From: a virus
Virus record (IMG/VR): IMGVR_UViG_3300031951_000017
Span: 32,001-96,000 of that record
Direction: 5' to 3' (one strand)
Length of the DNA: 64,000 nt
Shown here: positions 47,781-58,009 of the stretch, in pieces
Numbering within the stretch: the first letter of the stretch is position 1
Layout: each line of letters starts with the position of its first letter
Translations under genes and position numbers: made by a program
The notes under the pieces: generated by a model
Told to the model about the DNA's origin: nothing
What the model saw: only the letters and a program-made list of their open reading frames with translations
The model's database searches: none

Positions 47781-48434
47781 ATGTATTTAAAACAACCCTA
47801 TAAAATTTTTTATGATACAAAAAAGTATCCTTTCAAAGAAATTGTAAAAGAAATATTAGAAATTAACAATTCTGAATTTGATTTATCCGAACTTCATAAA
47901 ATCGAGAAGTATGATTTATTAGTTCGTGAAAAAGACCAATCAACTAAATGGCATAAAAAGTATTACGAAAAGTTTGAATCTAAATTTAAACCTGTTTATC
48001 TAGAACTAGTCACAGAACTAAAAGAAAGATATGGGTATTCTTCAATAGTATACCAACAAATCCCAACATTTAGAGTTCAATTAGGTGATGGTAATTTAGG
48101 TGTTGGTGAATGGCATAAAGATAAAACATATAATCATGGCAGTGATGAACTTAATTTTTGGATGCCGTTTGTAGACACTAATGACCTAAATTGTGTATGG
48201 TTTGAGTCTGAGGAAGATAAAGGTGATTTTAGACCATATAATGTAAATTATGGGGAAATTTTAGTTTTTGATGGTGCAAACTTAAATCATGGGAATCAAA
48301 AAAACGATAGTGATTTCACTAGAGTTTCAGTTGATTTTAGATTAGTTGACCCAAATAAATTCAAACCAAACCAAGAAGGGTCGATTAATATGAAAACTAA
48401 ATTTGACATCGGCGGATATTTTGAAAAACTATAA
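47781..48434 (+). CDS. 2OG-Fe(II) dioxygenase (StrG/PhyH-like)
   Basis: YQQIPTFRV, WHKD, NFWMPF, HGN..N, TRVSVDFR. Confidence 0.7.
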   Translation: MYLKQPYKIFYDTKKYPFKEIVKEILEINNSEFDLSELHKIEKYDLLVREKDQSTKWHKKYYEKFESKFKPVYLELVTELKERYGYSSIVYQQIPTFRVQLGDGNLGVGEWHKDKTYNHGSDELNFWMPFVDTNDLNCVWFESEEDKGDFRPYNVNYGEILVFDGANLNHGNQKNDSDFTRVSVDFRLVDPNKFKPNQEGSINMKTKFDIGGYFEKL

Positions 48435-48436
48435 AT

Positions 48437-49948
48437 ATGATAACAATAATTTACTCAACTCATAAGGATGAGAACTACAATTCCAAGTTTAAATCTCATC
48501 TAATAAAGAGTGTTGGACTAAAAAATGTTCAGATACTAGAATACGTAAACCATAACGAATTTCCTTTATCAATTGTATATAATAAAGGAATTTCTGAAGC
48601 CAAATATGACATTATTGTTTGTTGTCATAATGATATTAAACTTGAAAGTGGTTGGGGTAAAAAACTTCTAAAAGACTTTTCTAAAAATCCTGAATTTGGG
48701 ATTATAGGTAAAGCTGGGTCTTGTTATTTTCCAAGTTCAGGTGTGTACTGGGAAAAAATGAATCAAACGATGGTTGGTCAGGTATATCACGAACCAAAGG
48801 GACAAAAAAAATGGTTAAGTAAGTACTCAAATAAATTTGAATTTTTAATGCCCGTTGTAACAATTGATGGTTTATTTATATCTTTCAATAGGAATAAAAT
48901 TAAACATCTTTTTGATGAAAGTATTCCAGGTTTTCATTTTTACGACCATGCTTTTTGTCTACCTAACTATTTAGATAATGTTAAAATAGGTGTAACAACA
49001 TCTTTTGATATTACCCATGAATCCGTGGGTATGGTAGGTGATGATTTTCATGTAACTAAATTAATATTTTTAAAGAAATACGGAGTTCATTTACCACAAG
49101 ATTTAAAACCAAATGAGTTTGTTTGTGAAAAAACCACACCAAAAAAAATTAAAACAAATGATAAAGTTGCAATAATCATACCGACAAAAGGATTAACTAG
49201 CATGCTATTTCAATGTTTAGACTCTTTTTATGAACATTGTCACTCAGATAATTTTCACATTTTTATTGGTGACACAGGGTCAACACCAAAAGAGTTAGAC
49301 GAAATTGAATCCTACATTAACAATAAAAATAATATAACATTAATTAAATACGATTGGTATCAGTACTCAAAAACAAATAACACGATAGTTAAAGATAACA
49401 TTAGTAATGAGTATACATATCTGTTATTTTGTAATAACGATATAAAGATAATGAACGATGTTATTTACAAAATGTCTGAGGTTTTTAGAACTAATACTAA
49501 AACTGGAACTGTTGGATGTAGATTATATTTTGAGGACAATACGTTACAACATAATTCAATGATTATTTACCACAGAAAGGATATGAACCTGTTCATCCCA
49601 ACGCATGAATTTTTTGGCAGTTACTACCGTAGTACAACTGGAAAAAAGAATTGTTTGGGTAATACTGCGGCTTTGATGATGATTAAAAAGAAAACATTTG
49701 ATTTATTAGGTGGTTTTGATGAGAACTATTTGTATCACTTTGAGGATGTAGATTTGAATCTAAAATGTAAAATGATAGGTTTGACAAATATTTTTGAAGG
49801 TACTGCGGTAGCTTATCATTATGAATCAATGTCTAAGAAAGTTGAGGGTAAGAGGGAGGATTTAGAAAAGAAAGACACATTTTTATTAAATAAAAAAATA
49901 AATGAGAATTTAAAATTATTACAAAATGACATTTTAGTCTTACAATAA
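48437..49948 (+). CDS. Double GT-A glycosyltransferase (StrF-like GT2_5 plus GT2)
   Basis: YNKGI...CCHNDI, IDGLF, FHFYD; then IIIPTK, FCNNDI, GGFDE..FEDVDL. Confidence 0.85.
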   Translation: MITIIYSTHKDENYNSKFKSHLIKSVGLKNVQILEYVNHNEFPLSIVYNKGISEAKYDIIVCCHNDIKLESGWGKKLLKDFSKNPEFGIIGKAGSCYFPSSGVYWEKMNQTMVGQVYHEPKGQKKWLSKYSNKFEFLMPVVTIDGLFISFNRNKIKHLFDESIPGFHFYDHAFCLPNYLDNVKIGVTTSFDITHESVGMVGDDFHVTKLIFLKKYGVHLPQDLKPNEFVCEKTTPKKIKTNDKVAIIIPTKGLTSMLFQCLDSFYEHCHSDNFHIFIGDTGSTPKELDEIESYINNKNNITLIKYDWYQYSKTNNTIVKDNISNEYTYLLFCNNDIKIMNDVIYKMSEVFRTNTKTGTVGCRLYFEDNTLQHNSMIIYHRKDMNLFIPTHEFFGSYYRSTTGKKNCLGNTAALMMIKKKTFDLLGGFDENYLYHFEDVDLNLKCKMIGLTNIFEGTAVAYHYESMSKKVEGKREDLEKKDTFLLNKKINENLKLLQNDILVLQ

Positions 49949-49993
49949 TAATTTTTTATATACAAAAAATTTAATAAACATATATTTTAAAAT

Positions 49994-50734
49994 ATGAGTA
50001 AAAAAATAGGTACTTTTATTTTTGTACACGACCAAGAAATTGTCCTAGACTTTATTAATTGTGAAAAATTTCAAGTCTTTGAAAATCTTACATTTGTATT
50101 TGTTGGTAATAAAGACACTTCAAAAATTGAAAATATTAGTAATGTTGTGATTTGTAAAAACCTCGTATATAATATTGAGGAATATCCTAAACTTACTTCG
50201 TATACTGGGTGGTATGCCATATGGAAAAATGAATTATATAAAGAATATGACTACTTAAATTTATTTGAGTATGACGTAAATATTTTAGAAAATTTTAATG
50301 AATCTCAGTCAGAAGTATTAGAATCAGGGTTGGTTGGGTATATACCATTATCAATTAATAATTCATCATACATAAGAGTTAAAAAATGGAGTGAGGAAAT
50401 AATCCTCTCAATTAAAGAAAAATACGATACGGATATTTACAAACTTGTAGATAATTTAGATAAAAATTTCAATTGTTCTATAACATCCAACCATACATTT
50501 AGTAAAATTAATTTTGAAAATTATATGTTGTGGGTTGAGCCCCTAGTTGAGGACATAAAAGATTTAGAGATGGCAGGACACCAAATTGAAAGGTCAATAA
50601 GTTTTTTCTATTTAGTTAACAACATCGAATTTAAAATTCTTCCTTATGTTTTAAAACATTTTCAATTCGATAGTCATAAAACACAAGGTATTAGTCAAGA
50701 AAAATTTAACACAAATTACAAAAAATTATTATGA
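49994..50734 (+). CDS. Putative glycosyltransferase
   Basis: FEYD, GHQIER; cluster context. Confidence 0.45.
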   Translation: MSKKIGTFIFVHDQEIVLDFINCEKFQVFENLTFVFVGNKDTSKIENISNVVICKNLVYNIEEYPKLTSYTGWYAIWKNELYKEYDYLNLFEYDVNILENFNESQSEVLESGLVGYIPLSINNSSYIRVKKWSEEIILSIKEKYDTDIYKLVDNLDKNFNCSITSNHTFSKINFENYMLWVEPLVEDIKDLEMAGHQIERSISFFYLVNNIEFKILPYVLKHFQFDSHKTQGISQEKFNTNYKKLL

Positions 50735-51423
50735 TTAAATTTGATGATATAAAAGTAATTACGTTTGCAAAAGGTAATTTTTTGAATTCGCAGACTATTC
50801 TTTCGGAACATCTTAATAAATTAGGTATTAGTAATCAAATAAATCTTTCTGATAAAGATTTACCTGAGGATTTTAAACAAAAACACAAACTTTTTTTTAA
50901 CGAAATACGTGGCTATGGTTATTGGATTTGGAAACCATTTATTATTTTAAATGAAATTTTTAAATTATCTAATAATGAGATTTTGGTGTACATAGACTCT
51001 ACTGATTTACCCAAACTACCTTTTTTTGAGTTTTTACAAACACATTTTATAACTGAAGATATTTTACTTACAAATCGTGGTTACAAAAATGGAGAGTGGA
51101 CTAAAAGAGATTGTTTCATTAGTATGAATTGTGATAGTGAAAAATATCATAATGCGATACAATTAGAGGCCGGATTAATGGCGTTTAAAAAAAATGATTT
51201 ATGTATTAATCTCCTATCAGAATGGTTTGAATTTATGCAAAACAAACAAATAGTTGACGATAGTCCAAATACTTTAGGATTTCCAAATCTTACAAATTTT
51301 AAAGAACATAGACATGACCAAAGTATATTAACAAATCTAAGTATTAGTAAAAATATAAAAAACTTCAACATTGGGAGTGAATATGTAAATTTTAATTTTA
51401 ATCAACCAAGAATATATATATGA
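50731..51423 (+). CDS. Putative GT-A glycosyltransferase
   Basis: RGYGYWIWKP, YIDS, EHRHDQS. Confidence 0.65.
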   Translation: MIKFDDIKVITFAKGNFLNSQTILSEHLNKLGISNQINLSDKDLPEDFKQKHKLFFNEIRGYGYWIWKPFIILNEIFKLSNNEILVYIDSTDLPKLPFFEFLQTHFITEDILLTNRGYKNGEWTKRDCFISMNCDSEKYHNAIQLEAGLMAFKKNDLCINLLSEWFEFMQNKQIVDDSPNTLGFPNLTNFKEHRHDQSILTNLSISKNIKNFNIGSEYVNFNFNQPRIYI

Positions 51424-52067
51424 AAAACTTATTATCAAATATAAACCCTCAGACAATAATCGAGGATGAGTTCATTAAAAATCTACTTAATTTTGAAGAT
51501 GTCTTTAAAGAAATACTAAGTGTATGTAACAATAAATTTAGTTTTGGTACTGGTAGTTACTTGTTTGACGGTACAAAATACGAGTATTGTGATAAAATGT
51601 TTCAAAAACAAGTTCTACTTTATGAAAAAGTCAAAAATATTAATAGTGTATGTGAAATAGGTACTTACATGGGACATTCACTATTAATAATGCTGATATC
51701 TAATCCTAGACTAAGGATTACGTCTATTGACATTGATGATACCTTTAGTTTACCTGCCATTAAATTATTAGAAAAAAAATTTAATACAAATATAAATTTT
51801 ATAAAAGGAAGTAGTTTAGACGTACTCCCCAATCTCCAAGAAAAATTTGACTTATTTCATATTGATGGGACACACAAATTAGATTTTGTAACAAAAGAAT
51901 TTGAAATGTGTAAGAATCTTACTTCATCAGATGAAATTAATGTTATATTTGATGATTATGACACAATATCTGAAATGAAAAATCTTATTCTTAAAAAACA
52001 TACTATTTTAGAACAGGTAGTCCCAAATTGTAATTGGAGAAATTCTTATTTAAAAATAAAATTATAA
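51420..52067 (+). CDS. Class I SAM methyltransferase (Methyltransf_24-like)
   Basis: EIGTYMGHS, SIDI, FDLFHIDGTH, IFDDY. Confidence 0.85.
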   Translation: MKNLLSNINPQTIIEDEFIKNLLNFEDVFKEILSVCNNKFSFGTGSYLFDGTKYEYCDKMFQKQVLLYEKVKNINSVCEIGTYMGHSLLIMLISNPRLRITSIDIDDTFSLPAIKLLEKKFNTNINFIKGSSLDVLPNLQEKFDLFHIDGTHKLDFVTKEFEMCKNLTSSDEINVIFDDYDTISEMKNLILKKHTILEQVVPNCNWRNSYLKIKL

Positions 52068-52077
52068 AGATAAAATT

Positions 52078-52695
52078 ATGAAAACAGAATTATGTGAAAT
52101 AATGACTAGACATGGTAGTGATAAAGGACATGGGGTGCATAACTACACTATTTTTTATTATGAATTATTTAAAGACATCAAAGATAAAAAAATGAATATT
52201 TTTGAGCTAGGTTTAGGTACAAATAACACAGATATTCCATCTAATATGGGTAGTTCTGGAAAACCTGGAGCTTCTTTGAGGGGGTGGAAAGAATTTTTTA
52301 CAAACTCAATGGTTTATGGGGCGGATGTTGATAAAAGAATATTATTTAATGAGGATAGAATAATTACGTTTTATTGCGACCAAAAAAATCCATTAGAAAT
52401 AAAAAATATGTGGGAAAGTGAGATACTTAATAACTTATCATTTGATATTATTATTGAGGATGGTTTACACGAATTTGATGCTAATTTAATTTTTTTAGAA
52501 AATTCACTTCATAAATTAACAAATGATGGTGTTTATATATGTGAAGATTTAAAACCAAATACAATTGAGTTATTTGAAAAAGAAATACCACTTTTAGAAA
52601 AAAAATACCCTGATTGTAAATTTGAATTGAAAAAATTAGAAAATTCCCTGAATGTATATAACGACAATAATATATTAGTTATTAAAAAATTTTAA
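52078..52695 (+). CDS. SAM-dependent sugar O-methyltransferase-like protein
   Basis: GSDKG..HNY, FELGLG, GASLRGWKEFF, YGADVD, FDIIIEDGLH, GVYICEDL. Confidence 0.8.
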   Translation: MKTELCEIMTRHGSDKGHGVHNYTIFYYELFKDIKDKKMNIFELGLGTNNTDIPSNMGSSGKPGASLRGWKEFFTNSMVYGADVDKRILFNEDRIITFYCDQKNPLEIKNMWESEILNNLSFDIIIEDGLHEFDANLIFLENSLHKLTNDGVYICEDLKPNTIELFEKEIPLLEKKYPDCKFELKKLENSLNVYNDNNILVIKKF

Positions 52696-52703
52696 TACAA
52701 AAA

Positions 52704-53441
52704 ATGACAAGAAAAAAAACAACACCTACTAAAGAATCACCACTTATGATATCTGAAAGTACTTCAAAACTCTCTAAGAAAGACCAAATTAGGTCAATTA
52801 TTAAGAGAAGTAAAAATAAATTCCTTACTGATAGTCAAAAGGAATATTATGATAAATTATATAATAACCAAATTACAATTTGTTCAGGTCCTGCAGGTGT
52901 TGGTAAAAGCTACATTGCAATGAAGGCAGCAGTTGACTTAATCCACGACAGTGATAATTCATTTGAAAAGATTATTATTGTTAGACCTGCGGTTGAAGCC
53001 GAGGAGAAGTTAGGTTCATTACCTGGTAACTTGGAAGAAAAATTAGACCCGTATATCTTCCCATCTTATTACTTACTTAACAAAATTATCGGAAAAGAAG
53101 CTAGAGAAAAACTGAAACAAATTGAAGTTATTGAAGTATTTGCTTTAGCGTATATGAGAGGTATGAATATTGACAACTCAATATTGATATTTGAAGAGGC
53201 TCAAAACTCATCTCCAAGTCAAATGAAACTTCTATTGACAAGAATTGGGTTTAATAGTAAATTTTTTATATCTGGAGATATTGAACAAACTGACAGATAT
53301 AAAGATAAAAGACACTCAGGATTATTTGACGCAATTGAAAAATTTAGTGATGTTCCTGACATTGGGGTTCACAAATTTGGAGATGAAGACGTTGTTAGAA
53401 ATCCTTTAATTTCTAAAATATTAAAAAAATACGACACATGA
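52704..53441 (+). CDS. phoH: PhoH-family ATPase
   Basis: GPAGVGKS, RPAVE..EKLGSLPG, YMRG, EEAQN, LLTRIG, GDIEQTD, VVRNP. Confidence 0.95.
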   Translation: MTRKKTTPTKESPLMISESTSKLSKKDQIRSIIKRSKNKFLTDSQKEYYDKLYNNQITICSGPAGVGKSYIAMKAAVDLIHDSDNSFEKIIIVRPAVEAEEKLGSLPGNLEEKLDPYIFPSYYLLNKIIGKEAREKLKQIEVIEVFALAYMRGMNIDNSILIFEEAQNSSPSQMKLLLTRIGFNSKFFISGDIEQTDRYKDKRHSGLFDAIEKFSDVPDIGVHKFGDEDVVRNPLISKILKKYDT

Positions 53442-54091
53442 AGATTGGGTTTAATTTTGTAGGTATAAGTTACGAAAAGGATAAAAGAGATTGGAGGATT
53501 GAAAAAGAGGCTTTTAAAAAACAAGTTATCGATTGTTGGGACAACTCTAATAATAAAATTATTAAATTAACAACTTATAAACAATACTCAACACACAATA
53601 ATAACTTAAATGAGTCGGCTCGTTGGTATAACCCTACAATAGATGAATTGTTAGATTTTTTTAAACCTAAAGACTTATTACTTTTAAATGTTGAAAATTC
53701 TAGTCAAATAAAAACATTTTTACAATCATTACTATTGTGGGAATTTGAGGATGTTGATTTTATTGTTTGTAGTAGATTTGATATTAAGTATAACGTTCCT
53801 GTTAATAATAATGTCGACTTAAATAAAATCAATTTTTTATTTAGAGAAGGTAAGTGGTGGACTGAACGTAGGTATATATGTGACAATTTTTTTATAATAC
53901 CTAAGAAATTTTTAGAGTCATTTACTAAAGCAATGCACTTACATCTCAAAAAAAACTCTTGGGATTGTATAAACATACACCCGATTTATAATTATTTATT
54001 GTTTTTTTTAGATGAAAACAATTTTCATTTCATGTATAATGATATGAATTCTTATAGTCATCATAATCCATATTATACTTTACTAAGATAA
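53438..54091 (+). CDS. Hypothetical protein, possibly glycosyltransferase-like
   Basis: DFIVCSRFD, CDNFF; cluster context. Confidence 0.45.
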   Translation: MKIGFNFVGISYEKDKRDWRIEKEAFKKQVIDCWDNSNNKIIKLTTYKQYSTHNNNLNESARWYNPTIDELLDFFKPKDLLLLNVENSSQIKTFLQSLLLWEFEDVDFIVCSRFDIKYNVPVNNNVDLNKINFLFREGKWWTERRYICDNFFIIPKKFLESFTKAMHLHLKKNSWDCINIHPIYNYLLFFLDENNFHFMYNDMNSYSHHNPYYTLLR

Positions 54092-54696
54092 TGAGAATAG
54101 GAATAGAGGTTAATGGTGTACTAAGAGACACCATTTCTAAATTAGAACAAGTTTATCAAAAATACTTTATTGATAAGTGGGAAGGGTTTGATGAAACCCC
54201 TGATTTTGACTATGGTATGAATTTACCAGTAACTAGTTTAAATTTAAAAGAGCATTTTAAATTTAAAGATGATGAGGAATTCTTTTCATTTTTATATGAA
54301 GAAAACTCAATGGAAATATTTGGACACGCGGGTTCAACCGAGACTTTCACATTCAATGACTTTAATAGCATTTATTTAGAATTACGTAACAAAAATGATG
54401 TCGTAATTATATCGGATGAGATTGGGAAGTCGAAACCAGCAACATTATTCTTCTTGTCAAAATTTGGATGTTTAACTGAAGAAGTTAAATTTTATTCAAA
54501 TTCCACAATAAATTCGATGTGGGATAGAATAGACATTTTACTTACTGCAAATCCTGACTTATTATTAAACTATCCTAAAGATAAAAGAGTTATTAAATTC
54601 AATACACCATACAATGAACATATTGAATTTGGCGAATCTATTGACACTTTAAAGGATTTTTTAGATAAACTTAAAATTAAAGAATTAAATGATTAA
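54091..54696 (+). CDS. 5'(3')-nucleotidase-like HAD fold with degenerate catalytic motif
   Basis: MRIGIEVNGVLRD (DxDG replaced by ExNG), FNTPYN. Confidence 0.6.
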   Translation: MRIGIEVNGVLRDTISKLEQVYQKYFIDKWEGFDETPDFDYGMNLPVTSLNLKEHFKFKDDEEFFSFLYEENSMEIFGHAGSTETFTFNDFNSIYLELRNKNDVVIISDEIGKSKPATLFFLSKFGCLTEEVKFYSNSTINSMWDRIDILLTANPDLLLNYPKDKRVIKFNTPYNEHIEFGESIDTLKDFLDKLKIKELND

Positions 54697-54952
54697 AATT
54701 TTAAATGAAAATTATTACTTCGACTTAGATGTTTTGGACGCCTGTGTTCAAATGCCTAAAATAGAATCTTATTCCGGTGAAAATCACATCAATATCGTAA
54801 AATACGAAATGATTAAATTAATGGTTGAGGTCGTTATGGATTCGCAGGAGGAAGTCGATGAGAAACTAGGACCTAGGGCTGAAGGGATATCAATACCTTT
54901 TAAATTAGCATTTAACACCCTTTTAAATAAAAAAATAATAAATAAATACTAA
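54689..54952 (+). CDS. Hypothetical protein
   Basis: 87-aa ORF in the operon. Confidence 0.6.
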   Translation: MIKILNENYYFDLDVLDACVQMPKIESYSGENHINIVKYEMIKLMVEVVMDSQEEVDEKLGPRAEGISIPFKLAFNTLLNKKIINKY

Positions 54953-54953
54953 A

Positions 54954-56018
54954 ATGGACGAATTACAATTAAAAAAATTAGAAGAATCTATTAAAAATCT
55001 CGAAGAAAAAACATCGAGAATCTATTTGATGGTACAAGATACCAAAGGTAACCCTAAAGCCTCAGTAAGGTACATGTATCAAATGGGTATGGCTCTTAAA
55101 AACGGAGGGTTTAACATCATTATTCTTCATGAAAAAAATGACTATATTGGTGTTGGTGAGTGGTTAGGTGAGGAATATATGTCACTACCTCATAAATCTA
55201 TCGAATCAAAGAACTTGGAGGTTGCACCTGAGGACTTCATCATTATCCCAGAGATTTATGCATTTGTTATGGAACAAGTCGTTAAATTACCTTGTGCTAA
55301 AATAGTTCTATGTCAGGCATACGACCATATGTTAGAGACATTGAAACCTGGTATGAGTTGGCCACAATACGGATTTTACAAGTGTATCACAACTAGTGAG
55401 TTTCAAAAAGAGTATATTAGTAGTGTGATGAGAAATGTTTCATTCGATATAATTGAACCTTACATTTCTAATACTTTCACTAAAAATACAACACCGCCAA
55501 ATCCGATTATTGCAGTTCACACCCGTGACCAAAGAAAGACGATGAACATTATTAAATCTTTTTATTTGAAATTCCCACAATATCGTTGGGTGACGTTTAG
55601 AGATTTAAGAGGCGTTTCTGAACAAACATTTTCAGAATACTTGAGAGAATCATTTCTTTCAGTTTGGGTAGATGAGACAAGTGGTTATGGTACATTCCCA
55701 TTAGAGTCTATGAAATCTAACGTATTGTGCTTAGGGAAAACACCTAATTTAGTACCTACTTGGATGAATGAAAATAATGGTATTTGGATTACTAACGAAA
55801 ACTTGATAATTGACTATATCGCTGATTTGTTACAAAATTGGTTGGAGGATAATATTAGTCCTGAGATTTATGAAAAAATGGACGAGACAATTAACTCACT
55901 ACCAACTGAAGAAAGTTTCAATACACAAGTAATAGCTACATTTAGTGAATACTTTGTTAACCGAATTTCAGGATTTAAGTCACAATTAGATAAAATGAAA
56001 ACACAAGAACAAGAATAA
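54954..56018 (+). CDS. GT-B fold glycosyltransferase-like protein
   Basis: DFIIIPE, KIVLCQ, SGYGTFPLESM. Confidence 0.7.
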   Translation: MDELQLKKLEESIKNLEEKTSRIYLMVQDTKGNPKASVRYMYQMGMALKNGGFNIIILHEKNDYIGVGEWLGEEYMSLPHKSIESKNLEVAPEDFIIIPEIYAFVMEQVVKLPCAKIVLCQAYDHMLETLKPGMSWPQYGFYKCITTSEFQKEYISSVMRNVSFDIIEPYISNTFTKNTTPPNPIIAVHTRDQRKTMNIIKSFYLKFPQYRWVTFRDLRGVSEQTFSEYLRESFLSVWVDETSGYGTFPLESMKSNVLCLGKTPNLVPTWMNENNGIWITNENLIIDYIADLLQNWLEDNISPEIYEKMDETINSLPTEESFNTQVIATFSEYFVNRISGFKSQLDKMKTQEQE

Positions 56019-56019
56019 T

Positions 56020-56868
56020 ATGGAAAACAATGAAGAAGTAAAAATTGATGCCGAATACATTAAGGTTGAGGGTCAAATGGATTTAACGGTAGTATTACCA
56101 ATTAAAACTATATCAGCTAAAAGATTTGATGAATTATTTGATGCTGCGATTAAATCTGTAAGAAATCAATTAGTTTCTTGTAGTGAATTAATTATAGTTC
56201 ATACCGATGAAACACCCCTTGTTGAATTTTTAAAGTCTTATGACTTTTTAAATTTAAATGTACGATTATTGGAATGGGTAAATGAACCTAATTTTGCCGA
56301 ACAAGTTAATTATGGTGTTAATAAAGCGGAAACTAAGTGGATTTCAATTCTAGAATTCGATGATGAATATTCATCCATTTGGTTCAAAAACGCTAAAAAA
56401 TATTCTGAAATTTACACCGATGTGGATATTTTCTTACCAATTGTTGTGGATATTGACGATAAAGGTGTGTTTGCTGGATTTACAAACGAAGCAACATTTG
56501 CAGCAAATTTCTCACAAGAAATTGGAATTTTAACAAATGATACCTTACAACAATATCAAAACTTCCAAAGTTCAGGTATGGTCTTTAAAAAGTCTTTGTT
56601 TGAAAAATTTGGTGGTGTTAAAAGTAACATTAAATTAACATTTATTTATGAAATGTTTTTAAGATATACACATAATTCTGTGAAAATTATGACTATCCCT
56701 AGAATAGGTTACAAACACGCTAATATGAGAGAAGGTTCAATTTTTTGGCAACATAAGTTTGGTACAGAAAAACTTTCAGAAAATGAAGTTAGATTTTGGA
56801 TTCAAACTGCAAAACAAGAGTACTTCTTCACAGAGGAGAGAGCTATAAATTATGAACAGGTTAATTAA
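56020..56868 (+). CDS. GT2-family glycosyltransferase
   Basis: TVVLP..AIKSV.NQ..ELIIV, NYGV..A..WISILEFDDEY. Confidence 0.8.
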   Translation: MENNEEVKIDAEYIKVEGQMDLTVVLPIKTISAKRFDELFDAAIKSVRNQLVSCSELIIVHTDETPLVEFLKSYDFLNLNVRLLEWVNEPNFAEQVNYGVNKAETKWISILEFDDEYSSIWFKNAKKYSEIYTDVDIFLPIVVDIDDKGVFAGFTNEATFAANFSQEIGILTNDTLQQYQNFQSSGMVFKKSLFEKFGGVKSNIKLTFIYEMFLRYTHNSVKIMTIPRIGYKHANMREGSIFWQHKFGTEKLSENEVRFWIQTAKQEYFFTEERAINYEQVN

Positions 56869-57623
56869 TGACACAATCCGCAACAACTTTAGTTAGCGGT
56901 AATCAAAAGGCAGATAACGATAAAAAAGTAAAAAAAGTTAAGTCAGATAATTACTTTGATGTTAGAGAGGAATCTGCAGTAAGGATGTTTTTATTAACTG
57001 ATTGTGTAATTGAAAGAAATCAAATATACAATCAGTTTTTAAGAGCTCCGTTAGATAAGATGATATCTTCAATTATAAGAAGATATAAACTATACCGAAA
57101 AGACATGGATTTTGTCGAAATTCACGCAGATACCCATTCTTTTTTGATGACAAAAATTGATAAGTTTAGACCTTCTGAAAATAAGAAAGCTTACTCTTAC
57201 TTTGGTACTATATGTAAAAATTACCTTATGGGTCAAATTATTAAAGACCAGAAGGAGATGAATAGGAAAATATCTTATGAGGACATTTCTTCCGATTTAG
57301 AAGAAAGTAATAGTTTTTCATATAGGATTGATGAGGAAGAAATTGAAACTGACGTATTATTATTAAAATTTGTAACTCAACTCCGCGAATATATAGAAAC
57401 AGAACCATTAACTGAGAACGAAATCAAATTAGGTGACGCCCTAGTTGATTTGTTTGAGAATCATAATTTAATTTTTTCATCCGCGGATAATAATAAATTT
57501 AATAAAAATGTAATTTTATTATCTTTAAGGGAAATGACCAACTTATCTACTAAGGAAATTAGAATATCTCTGAAAAAATTTAAAAAACTTTACGTAGGTA
57601 TAGTTAACGAAGTTTATAAATAA
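56868..57623 (+). CDS. Phage sigma factor (T4 gp55-like late sigma)
   Basis: IDKFRP....KAYSYFGTICKNYL resembles the sigma region 2 'FAYFT.I' motif of gp55-type factors. Confidence 0.65.
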   Translation: MTQSATTLVSGNQKADNDKKVKKVKSDNYFDVREESAVRMFLLTDCVIERNQIYNQFLRAPLDKMISSIIRRYKLYRKDMDFVEIHADTHSFLMTKIDKFRPSENKKAYSYFGTICKNYLMGQIIKDQKEMNRKISYEDISSDLEESNSFSYRIDEEEIETDVLLLKFVTQLREYIETEPLTENEIKLGDALVDLFENHNLIFSSADNNKFNKNVILLSLREMTNLSTKEIRISLKKFKKLYVGIVNEVYK

Positions 57624-57643
57624 AAAAAAATATATTTATAAAT

Positions 57644-58009
57644 ATGAGTAGACCAAAGAAAAAAGAGATTAATCTAACCAAAGAATCGATGTTATCATTG
57701 ATGCAGGAGATTTATAACGAATTAGTTGAACAAAGAAATACCGCAATCAGGATTCAAAATAAAATGCTGTCAATGATGAAGGAACCTGAAGATATGACAG
57801 TTATTGGACCTGTAATTGAAAAACAACAAAAAATTGTTAATGATTGTGTTGAAAAAAAATTACAATTATCTAAATTACAATCAACAATGTGGGAAAAAAC
57901 ACAAAATAGTGAGATAGAACTTACATTGAACGATTTAGATGAAGGTCTTATAAGTTCTCTAATCGATAGAGAAATTGAGGATGATAAAAACTATAAATTA
58001 AATAAGTAA
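57644..58009 (+). CDS. Hypothetical coiled-coil protein
   Basis: 121-aa ORF preceded by TATTTAT. Confidence 0.6.
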   Translation: MSRPKKKEINLTKESMLSLMQEIYNELVEQRNTAIRIQNKMLSMMKEPEDMTVIGPVIEKQQKIVNDCVEKKLQLSKLQSTMWEKTQNSEIELTLNDLDEGLISSLIDREIEDDKNYKLNK

